A stretch of 64,000 nt of DNA. Origin: Dictyostelium discoideum (Eukaryota). Positions 12,501 through 22,496 of the stretch are shown one piece after another; position 1 is the stretch's first letter; the number at the start of each line of letters is the position of its first letter. The stretch spans positions 5,056,001-5,120,000 of the forward strand of contig CM000152.2 in assembly GCA_000004695.1 (NCBI GenBank), in the 5' to 3' direction. The notes beneath the pieces were generated by a model. The model had not been told where the DNA came from. It saw nothing but the letters and a program-made list of their open reading frames with translations, and did not search any database. The position numbers and the translations under genes were made by a program.

Positions 12501-12758
12501 GATTGTTTTAATATATTTGTTAAGGTTATTATCCACTGAACAGTCTACATTGAAGTCTCCGGTTATAATATCGCTGTGTAGTATTTCTTCTGTGAGATTT
12601 TCCTTATACCATTCATGTCTTTCGTTTGACTTTGCTGGGGCATAAATGGTTGTGCATTTGATCTGTGTTTTTGCAATCATCCATTCGGAAGATATAATTC
12701 TTTCGTTTATTGTTTTTGTTGTTGTTTTTATTTGGGTGTTGATGATGATTTGTGACAC
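9537..12758 (-). CDS. Retrotransposon ORF2: apurinic-type endonuclease plus reverse transcriptase polyprotein (1073 aa from the first Met)
   Basis: EEP/APE motifs (ITGDFNVD...SDHNMVIIEL), RT motifs (LLNVDYKIYSKII; FYDFEKAFDSISH; KILQFADDTATIA), and a C-terminal CQQCGEDETSEHIFFNCKAH..HKRNKLIHDE zinc-knuckle-like region. Confidence 0.9.
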   Translation of the reverse strand: MSQIIINTQIKTTTKTINERIISSEWMIAKTQIKCTTIYAPAKSNERHEWYKENLTEEILHSDIITGDFNVDCSVDNNLNKYIKTIFDEFEFTEIKNGITFPRNKSTIDRVFVSKKILHLNPIVTTKEIKLKSDHNMVIIELKIPEYEQQKKGERLWRQNLETLKMNSTSLKINKTIKYYNKKFEENTSKWYKLNICEQWLKLKDEIKKLSINIEIRESNKTKNKLKELAEKLETAKDSRAIFLKEEINNILKEQVRIKQANQTNTHINNKETPSKYLTRRLKVQRKTNEIPQILDPSNNCLVTKHEDILEVARRYYENLYQKRECNEDTHHELLKTFNKRIDQKILDEINQPIEGYEIRLGIEKIQEGKAPGKDGLLPTFYKNHINEILPIISKLYNHFWNTTIPKDFKQGILITIYKNKGDPNNLDNYRPITLLNVDYKIYSKIINNRILKFLNKIISPFQTGFVPRRLLHDNIITLNSTIEIIKREINTKEDMEPIITFYDFEKAFDSISHNAILRTLAHLKLPLKMVLTIMNLLNESETSVYINNSLSKSFTSKRGTKQGDPISPTIFALVVECMATTIINDRCINGVTKETIKILQFADDTATIAYNFMDHFLMNEWIKKFCQATSAKINQTKCSCITFKWNTRTLYTVIKSNERYLGFDFNNKGIKSKINTISDNIRAKLVTWNSTSSTYMGRLIMAKTYALSQLTFHTYINTTPQHNSIENNIVKFVFNTKSKNSLSLQRRQNNYINGGLNLWNLKTRELAQKAWLFERYLHQRVSNTPSSYIKLWEEELKNNNNNKTTTKQNQLQLHWQCKQAWTQLKTPQNKQTHYEHLPKLKKIYEDMMTTQSPEHNKFIPTPGQKEIMTKINSKHLPFKEIKKIINMKGRDLLWRYTLKALPKIYNMPCQQCGEDETSEHIFFNCKAHIKNTQEIFNYTLTKCGHTTHTWNVKILNHLQIALVANLIAIIFDKIWHKRNKLIHDEKEIIIHRQQVIRELIKTQRAAWDRTQAVINKTLRIKSKQRPEEQNKLDSLISLKLLQFSRQWNSPLHAIELPKHLKKYNNSLSTFYK

Positions 12759-12970
12759 CCCTTGTCCTGTTTTATCAATTGGTGCGTGGTGTGTTATTTT
12801 GTTTTTATATTGTTGATTTATTGAGTAAATTTTATTTGTTTTTATATTTGTTTCAGTTAGAAGTGCTGCGTCCAGCTTGTTGTTGTCTAATACGGTGTTT
12901 ATTATGCTGGCAGATTGGATGGTGTTGGATCCTTGGACGTTCCAAACACCTATTCTTATTGTGTTTTTCT

Positions 12971-14305
12971 TTATAGTTTTATTTGGGGTAGATTTTTATC
13001 TACCTTTTGAAGTTTCTGGTTTATTTTGTCTTCTAACTGATCTTTACTTTGTTCGTTGTGTTGTTGGTCTTGTGTGTTTGTGGGGTTTTTTGATTTACTG
13101 ATTTGTTTTAGAATTTCCTTGTTGAAGTTGTCTATATCTTCATCCATTTTTGTTTTTATGCTTTTTTGTCCATATTCACCCAATTTTGGTTTGACTGGTG
13201 TTTTGTTGGTCCTGTTTGTTTTGTCTTGTTGTTTGTTTTTTGGTGTGTTTAACAATTTACTTGGTGAATCGATAATTTTCGATGGTGTACCATAGGTTGG
13301 GCTGAAACTCATGATATGTTTTATTGGAGAGGAGAAGAACCATTGATTTGAAGGGATTGAAAGTGGGAATTCTATTTTTCTTATTGCATCAGTGTTTGGG
13401 CTGGTGAAGTCGAAGATATCATTTACCTCTCTAAGTTTTTCTTCCGTTGTTAGTCTCTTTGTTTCGCCGTGTTGTTTTATTGGTGTATTGTATGGAGATG
13501 GTGGTTCAATAGGTTTTTCTGATTTTGTTTTAATTTCTTGATTTTTTATCGATTGGGTATTGATCTCATTCTCTATTCTTGTTAGTTCATCTACGTTTTC
13601 TAGTGATGCATCTATTACCTTTTGAGCTGTATCATCTAGGGCCATAAATGTTTTATCATTAGATGAGGAGGTGATTGGTGGGATAATGATTGTTCTTTTT
13701 CCTTGTTTTGGTATTTGTTCTGATGTAGATTTTGGTTGTTGTTCATCTGATTGTTTTTTATTTTTGTTTTCTTCTTGATTTTCTGGTAATGAGGTTTGAT
13801 CTCTCCATCCTTTGTTGGAGTGACCAATTAATGTTAGATTGTCTAGTTCAATGATAGTGTCATATTCTTCTACGACTCTTTTCACTGTTTTGATAATTAG
13901 AGTTTCGCCTTTAATTTCAGATTTAATTAGTTTACATCCTTCATTTTCTATTACCCATTCTATTTCTGTGAGTGATTTATACCAATCGAAATCCGTATAC
14001 ATATTTTTTGGTCTTAGAGTGGTTATAAATTGTCCTTTTAATTCTGCATCGAACATATTTACAAAATAGATTACTGTACTAATACTGTCTGTGAGAATTT
14101 TGAATGTATTATTACTTTTGATTAAAACATCTTTTTTGTCCAAACTTTTTTCTAAATCTTTTTTTATTTTATCGTCTGGTTCGTGATTGATGTTTATGAC
14201 GTATTTGAATTGTTTTTTTTTTAATTGAGTTTTATCCACAATTTCGCTTATTTTTTGTAGGCATTTGTGTTGCTTAATATTTGTGGTGTTGTTTGTGATT
14301 TTCAT
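12971..14305 (-). CDS. Retrotransposon ORF1 (444 aa, basic/K-rich, probably a nucleic-acid-binding protein)
   Basis: Intact ORF directly upstream of ORF2 on the same strand. Its N-terminus is duplicated in the neighbouring partial copy, which is typical LINE ORF1 placement. Confidence 0.8.
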   Translation of the reverse strand: MKITNNTTNIKQHKCLQKISEIVDKTQLKKKQFKYVININHEPDDKIKKDLEKSLDKKDVLIKSNNTFKILTDSISTVIYFVNMFDAELKGQFITTLRPKNMYTDFDWYKSLTEIEWVIENEGCKLIKSEIKGETLIIKTVKRVVEEYDTIIELDNLTLIGHSNKGWRDQTSLPENQEENKNKKQSDEQQPKSTSEQIPKQGKRTIIIPPITSSSNDKTFMALDDTAQKVIDASLENVDELTRIENEINTQSIKNQEIKTKSEKPIEPPSPYNTPIKQHGETKRLTTEEKLREVNDIFDFTSPNTDAIRKIEFPLSIPSNQWFFSSPIKHIMSFSPTYGTPSKIIDSPSKLLNTPKNKQQDKTNRTNKTPVKPKLGEYGQKSIKTKMDEDIDNFNKEILKQISKSKNPTNTQDQQHNEQSKDQLEDKINQKLQKVDKNLPQIKL

Positions 14306-14383
14306 TTTATTTTCTTTCTATTTTTTATATTTTTCTTTAAAAAGTTAAAAATCTGGAAATTTTCTGATTAACTTGGTTCCCAT

Positions 14384-14426
<43 letters not shown>

Positions 14427-14427
<1 letters not shown>

Positions 14428-14697
14428 TCTTTTTTATATGAAAAATGAAATAATCAAAAAAAGAGATTGTTGTTGTTGTTTGTTTTTTTTCGATCTGATT
14501 ATTTTTTGCTTTTTTTTGAAAATTTTGCTACGCAAAATTCTCAAAACGAAACAAATAATAAATTACAATAAAGTAAAAAGATGGCTTTTTAAGATAGTTT
14601 ATTTATTTATTTATTTGTTTTTTAAGTCTTTTTTATATGAAAAATGAAATAATCAAAAAAAGAGATTGTTGTTGTTGTTTGTTTTTTTTCGATCTCT
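14427..14697. repeat. Local tandem duplication: a ~75-bp segment repeated 196 bp apart
   Basis: aagtcttttttatatgaaaaatgaaataatcaaaaaaagagattgttgttgttgtttgttttttttcgatct occurs at 14427-14500 and again at 14623-14697, between the retrotransposon 5' end and the tRNA gene. Confidence 0.8.
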
Positions 14698-14743
14698 TAA
14701 ATTACAAAACAAGCATAAAAAATGAAAATTTTTACAAATTAGA

Positions 14744-14829
14744 GCCATAGTAGTCTAGTGGTAAGACATTTCTCTCGTATAAAATTATACAGCGAAGAAG
14801 GATCCCGTGTTCGATTCACGGCTTTGGCA
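14744..14829 (+). tRNA. tRNA gene, probably carrying a 15-nt intron. Anticodon loop CUCGUA gives anticodon CGU (tRNA-Thr?), so the isotype is tentative.
   Basis: Acceptor GCCATAG pairs with CTTTGGC (one T.T mismatch at 5:68). D-arm is GTCT-AGTGGTA-AGAC (A-box TAGTCTAGTGG). T-arm is CCGTG-TTCGATT-CACGG (B-box GTTCGATTC). Discriminator A at 14829 is followed by T6 (a pol III terminator). Anticodon stem TTTCT/AGAAG closes only if 14780-14794 (taaaattatacagcg) is removed as a 37/38 intron. Confidence 0.7.
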
Positions 14830-14879
14830 ACTTTTTTCCAAAAAAAGTTAAATTTATTATTTTTTTTTTTTTTTATAAT

Positions 14880-15300
14880 TTGAAAAAACCAGTCAATACT
14901 ACTGGTTTGCTACTCACTGCCCATTAGCTTCAATATGGAGATAATGGATTCACCAGAATTTGTATTCCTTGGAAACAAGAAGCATGAGAAAAAGAGCACA
15001 TCTAAATTACAGAAATTTAAAAAACCACTCAATTACCATAACGCTACTCACTGCTAATTGAATGGTTTTTTTAATTTCTGTAATTTTGATGTATTCTTTG
15101 TCTCTTTATTATATCTGCATTTCTTTTCCTATGGCCATAGCACATTTGCTGCAGACGAATTCGTTTCTTTTCATAAACAAGCCCAAGTCTCTTTAAATTT
15201 ACCCAATTTTACACTTTTGTCAAGAAAATCCCTATGTTCTAGATGTGGTTCTTTGTATTTCTAGCCTTCTGTTAAAAGTCCACAAAAAACAATGATAGAT
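14880..15300. other. Non-coding, relatively GC-rich block downstream of the tRNA with internal imperfect direct repeats. Possibly a truncated TRE3-type element end or an ncRNA locus.
   Basis: aaaaaaccagtcaatactactggtttgctactcactgcccattagc (14882-14930) resembles aaaaaaccactcaattaccataacgctactcactgctaattg (15018-15060). There is no long ORF, and the composition is unlike the flanking AT-rich spacer. Confidence 0.3.
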
Positions 15301-15586
15301 TTTGAACAGGAATTCCAAATTTGTTTATTTTTTTTTTTCCCAAAATTTTATTATAATAAATAAAAATATTAAATTTTGTTATAATAAATAAGACAATTAT
15401 GTTTTTACCCTTTTTTCTATCGCTTTTATATTTGTTTTCGTCCATCCATTAATACACTTAAAAAAAAATGAAAAAAAAAAAAAATGAAAATAGCATTTAA
15501 AAAAAAAAAAAAAAAAAAATAAATAAAAAAAAAAAAAAAAAATTCATTTTTGTTTTTGAAAAAAAAAATCCAACAAAAGTGGTAGA

Positions 15587-16046
15587 ATGATTGAATGTAC
15601 AGATAAGATAAAAAAAAGGAATAATAATAATAATAATAATAATAATAGTAGTAGTAATAATATAGATAATAAAAGTGAATATGATATAAATTCAAAAGAA
15701 AATTATAATGATATTGATGATGATAATAAAAATAATAATAAAATCTCAAAACCAATTATATTAAAGAAGAAAAGACATCCATTAATAACCACATTAAGAT
15801 ATGTAGCGATATTTTTAATATTTTTCTTATTAACAAGTGAATATCTTGTACAATTTGTACATGTTGAAGCAGTACCATTAAATAAGGGTAAATTTAGTCA
15901 TATAAATTCAAATGTATCAGATCCAAGGGATTACAATGCCCTTAGAATTCAATACTCTACAAATTATCACGAAATTACAAGTGATCATTTATTTAATATG
16001 TTAAATAATAGATCAAGGGATATAACTGTTTCATCTTCAAATGATT

Positions 16047-16102
<56 letters not shown>

Positions 16103-16587
16103 TATGATGAAAATATCATTAATAATGGTATTGACAATAATAAATTAACAAGTGAAGAAAAAGAAAAAGAAAAAGAAAAAGAAAAAGAAAAAGAAAAAGA
16201 AAAAGAAAAAGAAATAAAAGAGAAAAATTTAAAAATTTTTAGAGAATACAATTTAACTGAAGATTATTATACAAATATATTAAACTCAAATACAACTTAC
16301 ATTTTATTTGTATGTAAAAAAAAATATTAAATATTATTATTATTATTAATAATAATAATAATAATCATAAATAAAAAATTAAAAATTAAATATTAATAAT
16401 ATCTAATAATTTTATATTATTTCTATTTTTAGCTTTATCACATGGATTGTCCATTTAGTCAAAGACTATTACCAATTATAGAGACATTATCAAGAACTTA
16501 TCCAAATATTATATTTTTTCAATCAAGAGGATTTACGTATGTTTTTTTTTTTTTTCTTATTATTTATAGTCTTATTATTTTTATAAG

Positions 16588-16618
<31 letters not shown>

Positions 16619-16946
16619 AAACTAACCACACTACACTACACAAAATAGTGTTATTTTAAAATCGCATTTTCATACAAGAACAACACCAACTTTATTCATA
16701 AGAGTTAATGATACATTGGTTAAATATAAGGGTAGAAAAGATTTAGTTTCAATTGGAAAGTGGATTTCAAAAAATTCAAATCAAATACCATTAGAGGTTG
16801 AACCAAATGTAGATATAGAATTATCAAAAGAAATTAGAGTCGATAGAGGTTACCTTTTATACTTTAGTTGTATTTATGTTTCCTTTTTAATCTTTTGTTC
16901 AATTAAACGTTGGTTTAAAAAATATCAAAATTTAAAAACTGATTAA
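15587..16946 (+). CDS. Thioredoxin-like transmembrane protein (TMX-like, CPFS active-site variant), 3 exons: join(15587..16309,16433..16536,16649..16946)
   Basis: N-terminal hydrophobic anchor (YVAIFLIFFLLTSEYLV), N-rich linker and (EK)n repeat, then a thioredoxin-fold signature split over introns: TYILF|LYHMDCPFSQRLLPIIETLSRTYPNIIFF...|...TTPTLFIRVNDTLVKYKGRKDLVSIGKWI, followed by a C-terminal TM (YLLYFSCIYVSFLIFCSI) and a basic tail. GTATGT donors at 16310 and 16537; acceptors TTTTTAG/16432 and AATAG/16648. Confidence 0.6.
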
Positions 16947-17035
16947 TAATTTATTATTATTAATTTAATCATCAAAATTAAAATTAAAATTAAAATCAAA
17001 ATCAAAATCAATAATAATACGGTTATGGTTGCCAT

Positions 17036-17127
<92 letters not shown>

Positions 17128-17130
17128 CTA
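17036..17130. repeat. (ATC/GAT)n microsatellite, ~31 units, intergenic
   Basis: Perfect atc repeats. They give the spurious poly-Met/poly-Asp ORFs on the minus strand (16943..17246). Confidence 0.9.
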
Positions 17131-18320
17131 TTAATGTCATTTAAATTATTAAAATAAATAAAAAAAAATAAAAATAAAAATAAAAATAAAAAATAATACA
17201 AATATGTACAAAATGTCATATATACGTATTTTTTTTTTAATATCACTTTATAATTTTAATTATTGTATTTTAAAAATTAATTAATATTATTTTAATAATT
17301 GTTATTATTATTATTATAATAATAATAATAAAAATAAAAAATAATTTTTTATTTATTTTGAAAAACACACACACAAAAAAAATGGTGAGGGGGGAGAGAG
17401 GGGGAGGGAATTTTTTATTTTTTTTATTATTAATATTAATTTTATTTTTATTTTATATTTTTTATTTTGTTTGATGTTTAAACATGAGGATAAAAGTATA
17501 TTTGAGTGGGTTTGAACTAATCAAAATTTTAATAATAATAATAATTTATAAAAATTACCACCATTGAATGTAATTGAGTGTGTATTATGATTTTTTTTTT
17601 ATTATTTTATTTAAATTACATTGATTTTGAATTTTTACCAACTATGGATTCAAATAATCAACTTTTTACCAATTCAAAATTATAATAACTATTAATAATT
17701 TTTTATTTTTTTTGGTTTGATTCAATTTTTTATTTCAAATAATTAAAATTATAAAAAATCCGATTGATTATTTAATAAAGTCAAAATAAAAATAAAATAA
17801 TAAATAAATAAATAAAAAAAAAAAAAAAAAAAAAAAGCTTTAAATTAAAAAATAGTAATCATTTTTTTTTTTTAAAAAAAGAATAAATAAACAAATATAT
17901 AATTATAAATATTTTAAAAAATGATTTTTAGTAAGTATTAATTAAAAAAAATTAAAAAATATATATTTGGTTAAAACTAATTTTTATTATTTTTTTTTTT
18001 TTATTTTTTTTTTTTAAATTTTAAAAAAAAGGATCTTTGGTAAATTTTGGTAATAGTTCAAATAATTATGAATCATTAAAATCAAATGGTGTATCTAGTC
18101 AATTGTTGGTATTAAAAGAAAATAATATTGGAAACCAACAATCAAATAATAGAATGGCAAATTTTCTTGGTGGAAGTAATAGATATGATAGAATTTGTGA
18201 AGAATAAACTGTGTTGAATTTCTTTTTTATATATAAATATATATTTTGTTTAAAACTTTTAACTTTTTAAAAATAAACTAAAAAAAATAAAAAAAAAAAA
18301 ATTAATAATAAAAAATTTGT

Positions 18321-18325
18321 ATTAA

Positions 18326-18423
<98 letters not shown>
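18321..18423. repeat. (ATT)n microsatellite, ~34 units
   Basis: Perfect att tandem repeat in the spacer upstream of the tubulin gene. Confidence 0.9.
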
Positions 18424-18424
<1 letters not shown>

Positions 18425-18652
18425 TTTTATAAATTTGATGATGTGGGTGGATTGATAAAGATAAAATATGAAAATATTGATTTTTCTTTTTACATATCCC
18501 TTAATTTGGAATTTCTAAAAATAAATGAAAAATAAAAAAAAAAAAAAAAAAATTAAAAAAAAAAAAAAAAAAAAAAAGATTTTATTTTATTTTAATTTTA
18601 TTTTTTTTTTCTATTTCGTGTGTAATTGTTGTGTGGTAAAAAAATTAAATAA

Positions 18653-18693
<41 letters not shown>

Positions 18694-18776
18694 GCGCTGA
18701 TGTTCATTTTTAATTATTTTTTTAAAAAAAAAAAAGTAAAAACATTTATTCCACACATTAAAAATATAAAAATATA

Positions 18777-19711
18777 ATGCGTGAAATTATTTCTATTCAT
18801 ATAGGTCAAGCTGGTATCCAAGGTATTTATTAAAAATATTATTCTTATTATTTATTTATTTTATTAAAAATATTATTATTTATTTATTTTATTAATAATA
18901 ATATTTTAATTTTTTTTTTTTTTTTTCATTTTTTTTTTTTTTTTTATAATTTTTTTTATAGTTGGTAATTCATGTTGGGAACTATATTGTTTGGAACATG
19001 GAATAGATAAAGATGGTACATTTAAAAAAGATTATAAAAGAGGTAATGATGTAAAATATGAAACATTTTTTAGAGAATCATCAACTAAAGATAAAGTTGT
19101 ACCACGTTCTTTATTTATTGATTTAGAACCAACAGTTATTGATGAAATTAGAAGTGGTGATTATAGGGAATTATTTCATCCAAATCAATTAATTAATGGA
19201 AAAGAAGATGCTGCAAATGTAAAAAAAAAATTAAAAAAAAAAAAAAATCACAAAAAAAAAAAATCACAAAAACCATACTTATAAATTTATTTATTTATTT
19301 ATTTATTTACTAATATTTTAATTAAAAAAAAAATAAAAAAATAAAAAAAAATATAAAGAATTATGCAAGAGGACATTATACAGTTGGTAAAGAACTTTTA
19401 GATTTATCATTACAAAGAATTAGAGAATTAACAGATGAATGTGACGGATTACAAGGATTTTTCTTATTCCATAGTGTTGGTGGAGGTTCAGGTTCAGGAT
19501 TTGGTTCATTATTATTGCAAAAATTAGCTTCAGAATATGGTAAAAAATCAAAAATTGATTTTTGTATTTATCCATCACCACAAGTTTCAACAGCTGTAGT
19601 TGAACCATATAATTGTGTACTTTCAACTCATTCTTTATTAGAACATTGTGATGTTACATTTAGTAAGTATAATTAAATATCTCTATTTTATTATTATTTT
19701 ATTAATTTTTT

Positions 19712-19745
<34 letters not shown>

Positions 19746-20633
19746 TACAGTGTTAGATAATGAAGCAATTTATGATGTTTGTAAAAAAAAATTACATATT
19801 GAACGTCCATCATATGCAAATCTTAATAGAATGATAGCACAAGTTATAAGTTCATTAACATCATCACTTCGTTTTCCAGGTCAATTAAATGTTGATATTA
19901 ATGAATTTCAAACCAATTTAGTTCCATTCCCACGTATTCATTTCCTTTTAGCATCATATGCACCATTAATTTCAATAGAGAATGCAAATCATGAACAAGT
20001 TACAGTTAGTGCAATTACAAACTCTGTATTCAGTAATGATAACCTTTTGGCTAAATGTGATCCAAGTTCTGGTAAATATATGTCTTGTTGTCTTTTATAT
20101 CGTGGTAATATGACACCAAATGAAGCTCAAACTGCTGTTGCTGATATTAAAACTCAAAAATCAAAAACTGTTAATTGTATTTATTTTTAAAATTTTTAAA
20201 AAAAAACTCTATATTTATATTTATATTATTATTTATATTTATATTATTATTTATTAATTATAAAAATTTATTTTAATATTAATTTAATATTATTTTATTT
20301 TTAATAGTTACAAGTTGGTCAAAAGGTACAGGTTTTAAATGTGGTATTAATTCATCAATACCAACAGTGGTTCCAGGTGGTGATATGGCAAATATTGAGA
20401 AAGCTGTTTGTTTACTTTCAAATACAACTTCAATTTCACAAATCTTTAATAGATTAAATAGAAAATTTTCATTAATGTTTGAAAAGAGAGCATTTGTTCA
20501 TTGGTATGTTGGTGAAGGTATGGAAGAAGGTGAATTTGCTGAAGCAAGAGATGATCTACTTGCCTTGGAAAAAGATTATGAAAGTTTAGCTGAAGACTTA
20601 GATGATGAACAAGTAGAAGAACAAGAATATTAA
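18777..20633 (+). CDS. Alpha-tubulin (divergent dictyostelid alpha-tubulin, tubA/tubB-like), 5 exons: join(18777..18822,18962..19218,19359..19662,19751..20176,20308..20633)
   Basis: [15 protein letters not shown]|[15 protein letters not shown]...[16 protein letters not shown]|[53 protein letters not shown]...[26 protein letters not shown]|[13 protein letters not shown]...[19 protein letters not shown]...|[25 protein letters not shown]...[33 protein letters not shown]...EEQEY*. Donors gtattt/gtaaaa/gtaagt/gtattt, all acceptors end in AG, and the frames are continuous. The C-terminal tyrosine is typical of alpha-tubulin. Confidence 0.9.
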
Positions 20634-20785
20634 AAAAAATTATTTAAAAAAAATTTTAAACATAAAAAAAAAAAATATAAAATTAATTTGTTTCCAATTT
20701 TAATATTATTATTTTTTTTATTATTATTTTTATTTTATTTTTTATTTTATTTTATTTTTTTTCAATTAATTTTAGTTTTCTTTAT

Positions 20786-21618
20786 TTATAATTTATTTTC
20801 ATTATTATTGTTAATATTATTATTACTTAAAATTTCTTGAATTTGTTTTACTTTTTCAAGAGCTTTTATAAAATCATCAATTTCAGATTTTGAAAGTTCA
20901 TCTTCATTACCAAGTAAAAAGTTTTTACCTTTTTCAAGGAATGGTAAAACCTCTTTTAATTGATTACCAAATTCGATTTGAGTATTTTTTAATTGTTTTA
21001 GTGCTTCACTATCTTGAGAGATTAATGGTGATGATGGTAATGTCATTGATTTATGTTTATTAAGAGTTCTAGCTTGGCCAATTGATATAGTTGGATTGGA
21101 AATAGATAATGATGATGTATTGTTGTTGATTGGTGTAGTTGCAGTTGAGAATAAACTAAATAAATCAGATTCTTTACTATTTGCAAAAATATCTTTAACA
21201 TTCGATTTCACTGGTATTGAAACATGTGAACTATTATTTAATGATGATGATGAAGATGATGGTGATGGTGAAAAATGACTATTATTATTATTATGAGTTA
21301 AAATTGGTGTATGACTTTGTAATGGTGTAGTTGTTGATGATGATGATGATGATGATGATGATAATAATGTTGATGTTGATGTTATATTTGGAGTATTACT
21401 AACATTTGAAGTTGAGGAAATTAATGGAGTTGTTTTATTACTTAATGGATCAATTGGTGTTGTATTTGCTGATGATAATTGTGAAGAATATGGTTGGAAT
21501 GATGAGGTTGTTGATTCAAATGTTGAAGTCTCTGGGAATGGTAATGTATTTGCTTGTGTTGAAGGTGTAGTAATATTATTATTACTATTATTATTGTTAT
21601 TATTAATATTATTATTGC

Positions 21619-21685
<67 letters not shown>

Positions 21686-21927
21686 TGGAATTTGTCTTGA
21701 ACCACTTGATGATAAAGTTGTTGGTGGTTGAGCAGTTTTTACCATACCTGCAATTGAACAATTAGAATCCTTAATTTCCAATGCTTTTTTAATTAACATA
21801 TAAACATCTTCAACTGGTGGATATTTATAAATTCTTTTTAATGCATAAATACTATCACTTTTTAATACTTTTAAAATTTTATATATAAAGTCAATTAACG
21901 TTAGTTATATATATATATAATGATTTT

Positions 21928-21969
<42 letters not shown>

Positions 21970-22461
21970 TTACTTACAATGTTCTCTAATATAAGTTAAC
22001 ATTGAAATACAAAAATAATCAATTAAAATTAAATTTTCACCATAAGCAAAAAGAGCATCCCAAATATTTAAAACATCATCAAAATGAAATTCTCTACCAA
22101 ATAATAAACGAATCCAACGTAGTAAATAAATTTGTGGTTCAATATCTAAGGAATCCAAGTGTTGATAAAGTTCAAAATCTTTTTGTTTTAATAAAATTGA
22201 GTGAATATATTTACATTTTAAAACAACATCATTACATTTTGATGATAATTCCTCTTCTTCATTATCCTGTACACTACTTGATGATGAAGATGCTACTGTT
22301 GGTGAATTACTACCTAATGGTGGTGGTGGTGGTGGTGATGGTGATGATGATGACGAAGGTGGTGGTGGTGAAACTGTTGATGATGAAGATGATGTTATTG
22401 TTGATGATGATGATGATGTTGATGTTGATGATGATACTGTTGTTGCAGCTGCTGTTGTTGT

Positions 22462-22496
<35 letters not shown>

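Larger units (their letters stand above)
9482..14384 (-). mobile_element. Near-full-length tRNA-gene-targeted non-LTR (LINE-like) retrotransposon of the Dictyostelium TRE type, ~4.9 kb with a poly(A) tail
   Basis: The minus strand carries ORF1 (12971..14305) and ORF2 (9537..12758). ORF2 encodes an APE-type endonuclease plus reverse transcriptase (FYDFEKAFDSISHNAIL, QFADDTATIA) and a C-terminal Cys/His motif. The 3' end is an ~55-nt poly(A) (poly-T on + at 9482-9536) directly after the ORF2 stop. The 5' end starts at catgggaaccaagttaatcag (plus-strand 14384). The location next to a tRNA gene fits TRE5/TRE3 biology. Confidence 0.85.

Noticed and set aside
12752-13295. Small plus-strand ORFs inside the retrotransposon
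   Set aside because: Antisense to intact ORF1/ORF2, short, and Cys/Leu-rich without motifs.
16943-17246. Poly-Met and poly-Asp ORFs on the minus strand
   Set aside because: Artefacts of the (ATC)31 microsatellite read in two frames.
18991-19284. Tubulin ORF continuing as ...[22 protein letters not shown]
   Set aside because: The read-through goes into intron 2 (gtaaaaaaaa donor at 19219). The tubulin sequence resumes at 19359 after an AG acceptor.
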